From positions 2,560,001-2,624,000 of the forward strand of contig OY969585.1 in the NCBI GenBank assembly GCA_963701295.1: a DNA stretch of 64,000 bases. The letters run 5' to 3'. The stretch comes from Ignavibacteriota bacterium. GTDB taxonomy: Bacteria > Bacteroidota > Ignavibacteria > UBA10030. A program made the translations under genes and the position numbers. The notes under the pieces were generated by a model that was given only the letters and a program-made list of their open reading frames with translations, had not been told where the DNA came from and did not search any database. Shown piece after piece: positions 10,632 through 19,407 of the stretch (the stretch's first letter is position 1; every line of letters starts with the position of its first letter).

Positions 10632-11002
10632 ACTAAGTCACTTTAAAATAACTATGAGAAATCGTGGTGGAAAATATAGATTCTTAATGAAATGAGCAAA
10701 TGGAAAATGGCAAATAATAAAGATTTATTTCTAGGATAAGCATAGCAAAAAGCAGTAGGATCTGTTGTTTTTGAATGACTAGAATTGAAAACTGGGAAAA
10801 ATGCCAATGAAAAAGCAAAAAAGTCAAATTTCCGGACACTTTAAAGGGATAAAGGCAAGTTTTTTCTTAGGATAACAGGAGGCAAGGAAATAATTGTCGT
10901 TCTGGAGATTGATCTGGCAGGTATGTATCCGCTTTGCGGGATTCTCAAAATGGCAATACGTGGAACCTGCACTTCTTTTGCTAACTGTAGACGTTTGAGA
11001 CG

Positions 11003-11075
11003 TAGCGCTAACGGGAATCGAACCCGTATTTAAGCCTTGAGAGGGCTCCGTCCTAAACCGTTAGACGATAGCGCC
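11003..11075 (-). tRNA. tRNA-Glu(CTC)
   Basis: Reverse complement GGCGCTATCGTCTAACGGTTTAGGACGGAGCCCT-CTC-AAGGCTTAAATACGGGTTCGATTCCCGTTAGCGCTA folds as a cloverleaf; CCA not encoded. Confidence 0.95.
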
Positions 11076-11085
11076 AAATAATACG

Positions 11086-11158
11086 CTGCCCCGCTAGGGG
11101 TCGAACCTAGACTTTCCTGATCCAGAGTCAGGCGTGTTGCCAGTTACACTACGGGGCA
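11086..11158 (-). tRNA. tRNA-Gln(CTG)
   Basis: Reverse complement TGCCCCGTAGTGTAACTGGCAACACGCCTGACT-CTG-GATCAGGAAAGTCTAGGTTCGACCCCTAGCGGGGCAG folds as a cloverleaf; CCA not encoded. Confidence 0.95.
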
Positions 11159-11173
11159 AATTATTATATACTC

Positions 11174-11202
11174 AATATACAAAACGAACAACTTGCAGGC
11201 AA
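11174..11202 (-). promoter_or_regulatory. Putative sigma70 promoter of the tRNA-Gln/tRNA-Glu pair
   Basis: TTGCCT-N17-TATATT on the minus strand, 15 nt upstream of tRNA-Gln. Confidence 0.5.
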
Positions 11203-11241
11203 TAGAATATTCTGAAGCGTATCCTAATCTTATACATTCTT

Positions 11242-12513
11242 TTAAGAATGAACAGCGGGAACATCAAATCGCACTGTCTTATCCCAAATACGTTTTTCTT
11301 TCTTGATGAGGTCTTGATACACTGATTTGATGACCACATAGATCCATAATTGACTGTAGGTAAAATACATCAGAATGATGATTGCAAGATTTGTCAGAGT
11401 ATCTTCTCCATCATAGGAGATAGAAAGAAATAATTCAAAGAGAAAAAGAATTAACGATGTCACCCAGACGAATGTATATGGACCGGGAAGTGAAATTGTG
11501 ACAAGCTGAAACAAACTCACAAGGAAGAGGATGTCGGAAAAAACGATGGCGACAAAGAAAATATAATACAGCGAAAGTGTATAGAGCAGATCAAATGCCA
11601 TGCGCTTGCTTTTGAAGCGCGGAATTTCTTTCCAGAATTTTTTTACGACATAATTATTGCCGCGTACCCATCGCATCCTCTGTTTAATCCACGTACCCCA
11701 CTGCTGCGGTTCCTGTTCATAGGTGATTGCATAAGGGATGAATTTAATTTTGTAGCCTTCTTCGTAGATACGAATACTGAGTTCTGAATCTTCCGTCAAT
11801 GCTTCTTCATCCCAACCGCCGAGTTTCTTGATAATATGATGCCACATCACGAAGTTTGTTCCGGGCAAGGTGGAAATGCCATGCATCTGCCACCGGCCTG
11901 CTTGCAACATTGATTGGAAGCTCAGCGTTTCGATGTTGATGAAGCGAGTCAGGAGTGTGGCGTTCTTATTCACGGTACGGAACTTACCAATCACAGCTCC
12001 AAGGTCTTTGTGGAGTAGCAACTGAGCGACAAGATATCGCAAGGAATCTTTATCCGGAGTGTTGTCGGCGTCGTAAATAGCGATGATATCACCTTTCGCT
12101 TGTTTGATGCCGAGATTGAGTGTTCGCGATTTTCCTCTACCGCCCTCACCTTTTGGTATATCGAATAATTGTACTCGCGCATCTTTTACTGCATACTGCT
12201 CGATGATACTCTTTGTTCCATCCTTCGATCCATCATTAATAACGATGATCTGCAGTCTGTCCTTCGGATATTCCAGCTTGAGCATAGACTCGATGGTCGA
12301 AGCGATCACTTTTTCCTCATTATGTGCAGGAATAAGAATCGAACACGTAGGATAATCAAATGAGCGGTTGTCAACCTCACGTTTCTCCTTCATCGATCGA
12401 ACATAGTTGATATAGCCGAAGACTGTGAGAATGAACTGGTATGCGATGGTAAACCAAATGAGAATAACAGCAATGACAAAGAGAAAGCTTAGGTCAACTT
12501 CAAGAATGGTCAT
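11242..12513 (-). CDS. Processive GT2 glycosyltransferase (YdaM/PssC-like polysaccharide synthase)
   Basis: IPAHNEE, DGSKD, YDAD, LTED and QRMRW (D,D,D,QxxRW) motifs plus TM helices. Segments GKFRTVN..TLLTRFINIET.FQ...QAGRW and MYFTYSQ.W closely recall B. subtilis YdaM (from memory, not searched). Confidence 0.9.
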   Translation of the reverse strand: MTILEVDLSFLFVIAVILIWFTIAYQFILTVFGYINYVRSMKEKREVDNRSFDYPTCSILIPAHNEEKVIASTIESMLKLEYPKDRLQIIVINDGSKDGTKSIIEQYAVKDARVQLFDIPKGEGGRGKSRTLNLGIKQAKGDIIAIYDADNTPDKDSLRYLVAQLLLHKDLGAVIGKFRTVNKNATLLTRFINIETLSFQSMLQAGRWQMHGISTLPGTNFVMWHHIIKKLGGWDEEALTEDSELSIRIYEEGYKIKFIPYAITYEQEPQQWGTWIKQRMRWVRGNNYVVKKFWKEIPRFKSKRMAFDLLYTLSLYYIFFVAIVFSDILFLVSLFQLVTISLPGPYTFVWVTSLILFLFELFLSISYDGEDTLTNLAIIILMYFTYSQLWIYVVIKSVYQDLIKKEKRIWDKTVRFDVPAVHS

Positions 12514-12519
12514 AAGAGA

Positions 12520-15500
12520 TTATGCCTTTCGATATTCCAATGCACGTCGTACGATTTTCAGGATAAAGTACATAAGCAAAAGCAGAGAGATAGCCAATGC
12601 ACTGAAGATCGCAATTGCCGTCGTAGACCAGAAACTCGTTATGTTGACACCATACGCGAACTTGTCACCAGTGACAATATTCGCCTTGTGGACTCCTTGC
12701 GGAAGAAAGATACTGTAGCAATCATTTCCTTTCATCGTCGTGAATTCCACAGGTTCGCCATCCACTGTCACCGTGGTGGGCATATTGCTCAGTGAAATTA
12801 ACATTCGTGCATCAGACTTGTATTCTACTGTCACATCCCGTAAACCGTAGCTCGCAGATTTGATCGACCCCGTTGAAGACATGATGCGGGTTTGAAGTTC
12901 GTATGCAGAGAATGTACTTGCAGTCTGCGGTGCCAGAAGGATGGAATGATCACCAGCCGGTATCATATATCGGTTATCGCGGAAGGGAGGAAGATGTGTG
13001 CCATCGAGAGTTATTTCAGTAATCTCTTTTGGAAGGCGCAGTACAAACGAATATGGTGCATCGGTCGTCATTCCAGATTCTGTAAAATGATAATGAACTT
13101 TACTCGCCAAGGCATACGAAAATAAACTCAAATCTTGGGGATTAACACTTGACTCGGAATAAATCGTTAGCCGTGAAGCTCCGAGAGAAGCCGCACGAAT
13201 AAGATGAAAGCTTTCCGTTCCTGTTTGAATGAGTGTAGGGAATGGGATGATCGCATCCTTGTTTCTGAAGCTGAGGATGTTCAAGTCGAGCATGAGTTGA
13301 GAGGAATCGACGAGCTGGCTGTACTGCTTTCCCATCTCAATATACCGGCGTGGATCGCTTGACCATTTCGATTGAGGATCTTCGACCTGTAATGTGAAGC
13401 CGAATCGCTTCTGGAGATCAAGGATGCTGTGCATGTCAATGCCGAACTGTTCACGGAGTTCCGGCGAACCGAAATTGTCCAATGCTGTGACAATGATTTG
13501 GAAGCCCGGTTTGCTTTTGGCGATTTTATCGAATACACTAAGAAGAGTTTCATAAACACTTTTTAACTTCTGCACCCGATAATTGACGATTGCTTCTTTC
13601 ACAACTATGTTTGTTTTCCAATAGGACGGTGAAAGTGAATCAAATACCGCTTTCAGATCAATACCGTACTTTCTTCTCAACTCTAATTTTGCAGATGGAT
13701 GAGCAGGAGTAAATTGTTTTGGTTCTTCAAAACCTCGTCCTGACTCAAAATAGAGTTCCGCGAGATCGACACCATCCCAATCATACGATTCAAGAAAAGA
13801 ACGAAATTCCTTCGTTATTTCTTCAACACATTGGGTATCGGTAAGGGCAATTGGATATCGCCAAGCCGGTTTGGCATCGTCGCCGAAGACATTCTTTTCG
13901 CGCCAAGCTGGATGATTGTTCCAGAACATTTGACTCACCTGAGGCGGCTCCAACCAAGCATACACAAGAATACCGTTCGCATGAGCTAAACGAATTAAAC
14001 GCGCATAATCGTACGTATATTTTGGATATTCATGCCAGCCGGAGACGTGAATAATGCGAATCCCGTTTGCTACCCAAGAGCGGATCATATTCTCGATACT
14101 GTACAAATGCCGAAATCCTGGGTCGAAGAATACTTCAAGCTGTTCGCGCCGCACAACAGGACGCAATTGAAAATACCTGCGAATATACTCAATGAAGTAC
14201 GGATAATTTGAATATCCTTGCTGGGAATACGCATCAAATCGCGAGTTGATATAGAGAATTTTTCCCTTGCCGTAATGCTTGCCGATGACCATTGGAGATT
14301 CGGTTGCTTCGGCAGCGCAGAAAACTTTATCGAGGTTGTCGGTGTCGAACTTGTTCACGAGTTCGGCATAGCGCCAAACTATTTCTTCTTCAGGAAACAG
14401 TTTGTCGCGAACATGACGAACTCTCATACGCGTGCTTGCATATTGTATCCCAAATTCTTCAGCAAGGTCGGTTTTGGAATCGAGAATGATATTGCCACCG
14501 GAAGCGACGTACTGTGTAATAGTGGTAATGTCCCGGTCCGTGAGTGAATCAGCAATTGCCGCAGGAACAATGAGGAGGTTGTATTTCGATGGAATAATCG
14601 GCTGTCCGAGAAATACTGTATCCACCGCTATACTAACGCTTCGCAATGTGGATGCAAATGACGCCTGATCATTGAAAAAAGCACCGCGTGCAAAGTGGTT
14701 CCATAAAAGCATGACGTGCGCCGTATTCCACTCATCTTCCTTTGTAAAAATATTGTCATACACTCGTTCTACTTGAGAAACGGTTTTTTCAACGAATGTT
14801 TGTTTGTGCTCCCGGAATTCCGTAGGTTCGGCTTTGTAAAATTCGTCTGGTTCCAGCGTCACGTGCTTTGTAACAGTGCCAAGGAGCCGCTTTTCGGAGA
14901 TCGGCCGATCTCTCAATTCTCCAGATTTGTCGAAATATGCTTCAGATAAATATTGATCTTGGAGTGTGATAGAATAGTCCTGTGTGCCGGAAAGGATGAT
15001 GCGATCTTTTGTTTTGACCCAGTTTGTCTCTTCCCGCATATCGAGAAACGTGTAGCCAAGTTTTTCCAGTCCATCGGCAAGCTGTTTTAGTAAATCAAGA
15101 TCGAGAAAAGAATGGAAGAATGCGGTTGCAATTCCGTCTCGAATATACAATTGAGATTTCGCATTCTTCAGCAGTTCGTCAACGGACGCACGGCTTGCTG
15201 CTTTATCTGGATTCAATGGGACATAGCCGAGGTTTTCCGGATAAATCGTCTGTCCAAAAAGGTCTTTTTTGATAATGTAAGGGAAGAACTGGCTGAAGTC
15301 GGCATCTTCAATAGAAAGCCGCTGTTCGCATGCTGTGCTAAAATACTTTGCAACGGTCTTATACAAAGTGAACGAAGCTGTGTAATGCGGTGTTTCCCAG
15401 ACGAGCGGGTAGAGGTCATTCTTCATAAATTCCTGAATACCCATTTCAATTTTTCGGGTATCGCCTTCTTCTGTTTCGCCTTTGATAGGTCCGCCTGTGT

Positions 15501-16473
15501 TGTCATCCCAGAACTCATAATCGGCTGCTGTCACACCTTTGTACTGATGTGTTATCCCGTGCATTACTATGGTGCCGCCATTGTGCACCATATATTGTAA
15601 TGCATCCACAAGATCAGGTTTGTCAGAGAGGCTCAAACGAGTTCCTTCACCGGGATCGACGAAGAAGGGAATTACTCCAACCATGAATGGAATGTCGCGG
15701 CTGGAAAGAATGTCTGCTATTTCGCGGAGATTGTCCGGATTATCGTAGACAGAGACATCTTCGATACGGATCATCGCACGATGTGATATCTCATGATCTT
15801 CGTGGAGGATGTCATGAAGATAATCCGCAAAGTAATTGTAATGATCGCCAGGGATCGCATATGCAAATGGAGACGCCGCAAAATAGATGAGATTTTTTGT
15901 TGAAATAGCATACGGCGATTCTCTTTGTTTGGTCGTAGAATATGCCTTTCCGAGAATTTTAACTTTGCCTGCATTTGTGATACGAATGATATCGAGATGG
16001 GATTCGGTTTTGGTGAATGTTGCGCCGTTTGCAAAAACCTGATCGAACTTTGTGACAGAATCGATGTGGGTAACGGTAAAACCGAACTTCTTCTGCATAT
16101 CATACCGCTGGCAAAATTCCACCATTCCTGTGTTGAGCCAAATAACAGGCTTGTCTGTAGTATACACATCCAAAAGAAATTTCGTGGGGACATTATTGCG
16201 GGCTTCGTAGCCAATGTAAAATGTGTAATCATAATTCTGGAGTTCACCGAACTTGTAGTCCTGTACACCTATAAGGGTCGTCGAAGTATTGAAATGCCCA
16301 AGAAGTGCCGCGAGCTGCCGCCCGTCTCCAACAGCGTAATTTTTCATACTCGATGATCCTTCAACAACGATGAGAACTTTTTTAAGAGGGAACGTATCGC
16401 CGGAAAGAGAAAGAGCACTTTGAAACATACAACAGGTGAAGATGATAAAAAGAATCCGGATAGTCTGTTTCAT
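12520..16473 (-). CDS. Large DUF2334/YdaL-like polysaccharide deacetylase fused to a putative glycoside-hydrolase-like barrel, with C-terminal TM anchor
   Basis: Signal peptide MKQTIRILFIIF; NodB-like motifs IRIEDVS, VGVIP, MHGITHQ, WETPHY and FFH; second half has AHANGILVYAW and YDWDGVDLAELYF (TIM-barrel GH-like); hydrophobic C-terminus followed by basic residues. Confidence 0.75.
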   Translation of the reverse strand: MKQTIRILFIIFTCCMFQSALSLSGDTFPLKKVLIVVEGSSSMKNYAVGDGRQLAALLGHFNTSTTLIGVQDYKFGELQNYDYTFYIGYEARNNVPTKFLLDVYTTDKPVIWLNTGMVEFCQRYDMQKKFGFTVTHIDSVTKFDQVFANGATFTKTESHLDIIRITNAGKVKILGKAYSTTKQRESPYAISTKNLIYFAASPFAYAIPGDHYNYFADYLHDILHEDHEISHRAMIRIEDVSVYDNPDNLREIADILSSRDIPFMVGVIPFFVDPGEGTRLSLSDKPDLVDALQYMVHNGGTIVMHGITHQYKGVTAADYEFWDDNTGGPIKGETEEGDTRKIEMGIQEFMKNDLYPLVWETPHYTASFTLYKTVAKYFSTACEQRLSIEDADFSQFFPYIIKKDLFGQTIYPENLGYVPLNPDKAASRASVDELLKNAKSQLYIRDGIATAFFHSFLDLDLLKQLADGLEKLGYTFLDMREETNWVKTKDRIILSGTQDYSITLQDQYLSEAYFDKSGELRDRPISEKRLLGTVTKHVTLEPDEFYKAEPTEFREHKQTFVEKTVSQVERVYDNIFTKEDEWNTAHVMLLWNHFARGAFFNDQASFASTLRSVSIAVDTVFLGQPIIPSKYNLLIVPAAIADSLTDRDITTITQYVASGGNIILDSKTDLAEEFGIQYASTRMRVRHVRDKLFPEEEIVWRYAELVNKFDTDNLDKVFCAAEATESPMVIGKHYGKGKILYINSRFDAYSQQGYSNYPYFIEYIRRYFQLRPVVRREQLEVFFDPGFRHLYSIENMIRSWVANGIRIIHVSGWHEYPKYTYDYARLIRLAHANGILVYAWLEPPQVSQMFWNNHPAWREKNVFGDDAKPAWRYPIALTDTQCVEEITKEFRSFLESYDWDGVDLAELYFESGRGFEEPKQFTPAHPSAKLELRRKYGIDLKAVFDSLSPSYWKTNIVVKEAIVNYRVQKLKSVYETLLSVFDKIAKSKPGFQIIVTALDNFGSPELREQFGIDMHSILDLQKRFGFTLQVEDPQSKWSSDPRRYIEMGKQYSQLVDSSQLMLDLNILSFRNKDAIIPFPTLIQTGTESFHLIRAASLGASRLTIYSESSVNPQDLSLFSYALASKVHYHFTESGMTTDAPYSFVLRLPKEITEITLDGTHLPPFRDNRYMIPAGDHSILLAPQTASTFSAYELQTRIMSSTGSIKSASYGLRDVTVEYKSDARMLISLSNMPTTVTVDGEPVEFTTMKGNDCYSIFLPQGVHKANIVTGDKFAYGVNITSFWSTTAIAIFSALAISLLLLMYFILKIVRRALEYRKA

Positions 16474-16681
16474 GAAAGCTTTGCTCAAAATCGTTAATGC
16501 CACTTAGAAAAAAAGCCCGTAAAGGATGGAAGTGTATCGAACCGTTGCGGGCTAATTTTAGAATTCATTCTTTCATGAATAATTTAGTAGATTATTGGAG
16601 TGAAATCAAGAATATTTGCAATGTATCTGTTAAGACGTCCACCAACCGCCACTAAGATAGCGATTAAGAAAGAAGGTGGAC

Positions 16682-16938
16682 AAAAAAGTCCTGACAGCAT
16701 AGGAAACAATATGTTTTATGATCCAGTAAAAGTCGCTTGTAAAAGCATCCACATATCTTAAAGTGGGATCGTTCAGCTGAACGCCCCTACAAAAGCAAAC
16801 CATCAATGGACTAATTCATTGTGATGGTCTCACGTCCTTAAATTGGATTTGAAATACCAAATCTTTGTATGTTCAGACGTCATCTCGACCATGCTTATGT
16901 GCAGCTGAACCAGCGAGTCGACTTACATTATCAGGATT
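16682..16938 (-). ncRNA. Candidate structured non-coding RNA (family not recognised)
   Basis: Seven nested complementary segments plus three side hairpins in an ORF-free region. The outer stem is followed by a T6 run on the minus strand; strand assignment is tentative. Confidence 0.55.
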
Positions 16939-17084
16939 CCGACTCTCTTTTGCAATGTTTCTTATGTGTTACGAGGGGGTGATCGAATCGCATGTTTTCT
17001 ATTGAGAGGATATTGTTTTTCCTGTGAAAAGTTTGTAGTATGAAACCATTACAACAATCTTTCCATAATCGAGATGATGGTACG

Positions 17085-17495
17085 ATGCCGTATAAAGTTC
17101 TCGTAGCTGATGACGATGAAGGCCAGCGTAAGTCTCATGGCTTTGCCCTCGAAGTCGCCACGGCTATTATCGAAGATGAAATTGCAATTACTGAAACAGC
17201 GACGAGCGTCGATACGTGGGCGAAAATTAAATCCGAGGTGTTCAATCTGATCATTCTCGATAATGATTTTAAAGATAACAATCTGAAGGGGCATCTTCCC
17301 GGTATCGCGCTTCTAGAGCTGTCAAAGAAAGAAAGCCCGAATCGCAATACTCCGACTTTCTTTTGCAGCGCGGATGCTTATGATACTCTTAAAGCGATGG
17401 TAGAGAGACATGGCGGAATATATCTCCCAAAAGTTGGCTACGATATAGAAAAAGTTGCCCAGCTCTTTGCAGATACCATGGTGAAGAAGAAGTAA
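17085..17495 (+). CDS. Single-domain response regulator (receiver)
   Basis: KVLVADDD, LIILD (phospho-acceptor Asp), FCSA and YLPK receiver motifs; no output domain. Confidence 0.8.
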   Translation: MPYKVLVADDDEGQRKSHGFALEVATAIIEDEIAITETATSVDTWAKIKSEVFNLIILDNDFKDNNLKGHLPGIALLELSKKESPNRNTPTFFCSADAYDTLKAMVERHGGIYLPKVGYDIEKVAQLFADTMVKKK

Positions 17496-17561
17496 GGTAA
17501 TATGGCACGATGTCGAATGGAAAGGTCACCGAAGGTGACCTTTTCTTGTTTTCGAGAGTAG

Positions 17562-18812
17562 ATGAATTCAAACGAAATACAATCCAGAAATTTTCGCTAC
17601 CACACCATCGAAGGCGCGCTTTATATCAGCGCTACTGGTGCATTGATATCCACACAGACGATCATGCCGGCACTGATCAAGCGCTTGGGCGGAGGCGATG
17701 TACTCATCGGTACCTGGCCCGTTGTAATGTATTTAGCATACTTTCTCCCTCAGGTAATCTCCGCAAATAACTCCGGCGCAGCTCAATACCGCAAACCGTT
17801 TGTTATAAAACTTGGATTCATTCAGCGTATGCATATTCTTTTATTGGCTTGGGTCATTGCGCTATGGGGAGAATCTGCACCGGCGCTTGCCCTCATTTTC
17901 TTGTTCCTTTTATTTATCTCTAATCAAATGACATCAGGCTCTGTATCCCCGGTTTGGATGGACTTCCTTGCAAAGACAACTTCGCCTGAAAGCAGAGGGA
18001 AACTTGTTGGGTGGAGAGCTTCTCTCGGAGCATTGCTCGGTTTGGTAAATGGATTTATTTTAACAGTACTTCTGACAATTATTTCTTTTCCGTATAATTA
18101 TGCAGCAGTCATTGGGCTGGCGTTTCTCTACCAAATGAGTTCATTGGTAGCACAGCAAAAGATTGTGGAGGAACAGCCTTCAGCAGTTACTGCTCCGGTG
18201 CGTCTTTCTGAATTATTTGCACGCATGCGATTCATTGTTGCAGGCAATCGTCCCTTCAGAAGGTTCCTTGTCGCATCTGTATTGCTCACAGGGAGTTTCT
18301 CCTCCGTTGCATTTTTTACCGTTGCCGCGATGAAGCAATTTGATCTCTCAGAATCGACGGTGGGAATTTTTACGGTTGTGATGATTATTGGACAAATTCT
18401 CAGTGGTGTAATGTTAGGATGGGTAGCGGATACGAAAGGGACGAAGAGGGCATTACTTATTTGTGGAATAAGTTTATTACTCTCGATTGTCATTGCATTA
18501 TTTGCACAGTCGGTCATCTGGTTCTATTTCGTATTTATATGTATGGGCATCAATGTTGGCGCTGAAATGTCTATGCGATACAATTTTGCAGTGGAATGCG
18601 CGCCAGAGAGAGAACGTCCGATGTATGTCGGTATTATGAATGCTTGGTTTGCGCCCGTCTATCTGATTTCACCATTAGCCGGATGGCTGAGCGCGAACTA
18701 TGGGTACAATTATGTCTTTTGGCTGTCGCTCGCCATTGGCAGTGCTGGAATTATTCTCTTAGCGAAGACACCGGATCTGCGTGCGGAGAAACTTGCGCTT
18801 TCCTCGAAATAA
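17562..18812 (+). CDS. MFS transporter
   Basis: About 12 hydrophobic helices; GWVADTKG.K loop motif and P.RERP.Y.G motif. Confidence 0.88.
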   Translation: MNSNEIQSRNFRYHTIEGALYISATGALISTQTIMPALIKRLGGGDVLIGTWPVVMYLAYFLPQVISANNSGAAQYRKPFVIKLGFIQRMHILLLAWVIALWGESAPALALIFLFLLFISNQMTSGSVSPVWMDFLAKTTSPESRGKLVGWRASLGALLGLVNGFILTVLLTIISFPYNYAAVIGLAFLYQMSSLVAQQKIVEEQPSAVTAPVRLSELFARMRFIVAGNRPFRRFLVASVLLTGSFSSVAFFTVAAMKQFDLSESTVGIFTVVMIIGQILSGVMLGWVADTKGTKRALLICGISLLLSIVIALFAQSVIWFYFVFICMGINVGAEMSMRYNFAVECAPERERPMYVGIMNAWFAPVYLISPLAGWLSANYGYNYVFWLSLAIGSAGIILLAKTPDLRAEKLALSSK

Positions 18813-18859
18813 CTTTACATTTTCTATAGAAATATTTTTATATAGTAAAGGAGCCTCCT

Positions 18860-19402
18860 GTGTACGAGAGATGTATCAATGAAGCTGAGTTGATTCTGAC
18901 CACCCAGAAAGATGCACAGGCGCCGGTGCGCAAAATATGGGAAGAGGTTGCTCGACGTGCAAAAGTAGAGGGGTTTGCAGTTGCGACGCTTTCGGATTTT
19001 AGTACAATGCTCGAAGGTGATCGACGCTTTCTGATTATTCCTGCACAAATCAAAAATCAGGAAGACCAAGAAATACCGAAAGACGCCGAGCTTGAAGATT
19101 CGGAAATGGAACGTCTTGGTTTCTTTTCTGAGGATCAGGTGAAACTGCGCACTGCGCGCGTCATGGAGCGTCCCATCAGTGAAGACGAAGAAGAAATCGG
19201 AAGTATACGGCGCCGAGCGTTTGTTAGTCATGCGATGAAAAAAAATCCGACAGCTGTAAAAAAGAACGGATCTCCCGCATCCCATAAATCTCCAAAGTCA
19301 CTAGTGAAGGAAAAAACTTTTTCTAAGAAATCGAAAGTCGTTAAAAAGACGAAGCCGCCTAAGAATCGAAAATCGAAACCACGCACACGAAGTAAGAAAT
19401 AA
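18860..19402 (+). CDS. Hypothetical protein with acidic core and Lys-rich C-terminal tail
   Basis: GTG start after AAGGAG RBS; ORF ends 5 nt before prmC. Confidence 0.7.
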   Translation: MYERCINEAELILTTQKDAQAPVRKIWEEVARRAKVEGFAVATLSDFSTMLEGDRRFLIIPAQIKNQEDQEIPKDAELEDSEMERLGFFSEDQVKLRTARVMERPISEDEEEIGSIRRRAFVSHAMKKNPTAVKKNGSPASHKSPKSLVKEKTFSKKSKVVKKTKPPKNRKSKPRTRSKK

Positions 19403-19407
19403 CCTGC

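Noticed and set aside
11003-11158. tRNAs as an integration site for the 1-10.6 kb block
   Set aside because: No integrase and no duplicated tRNA 3' end visible within the window.
16790-16850. c-di-GMP-I riboswitch (AGCAAACC...) upstream of EPS genes
   Set aside because: No GAAA tetraloop stem or GACGCAAA segment, and it lies on the strand opposite the EPS genes.
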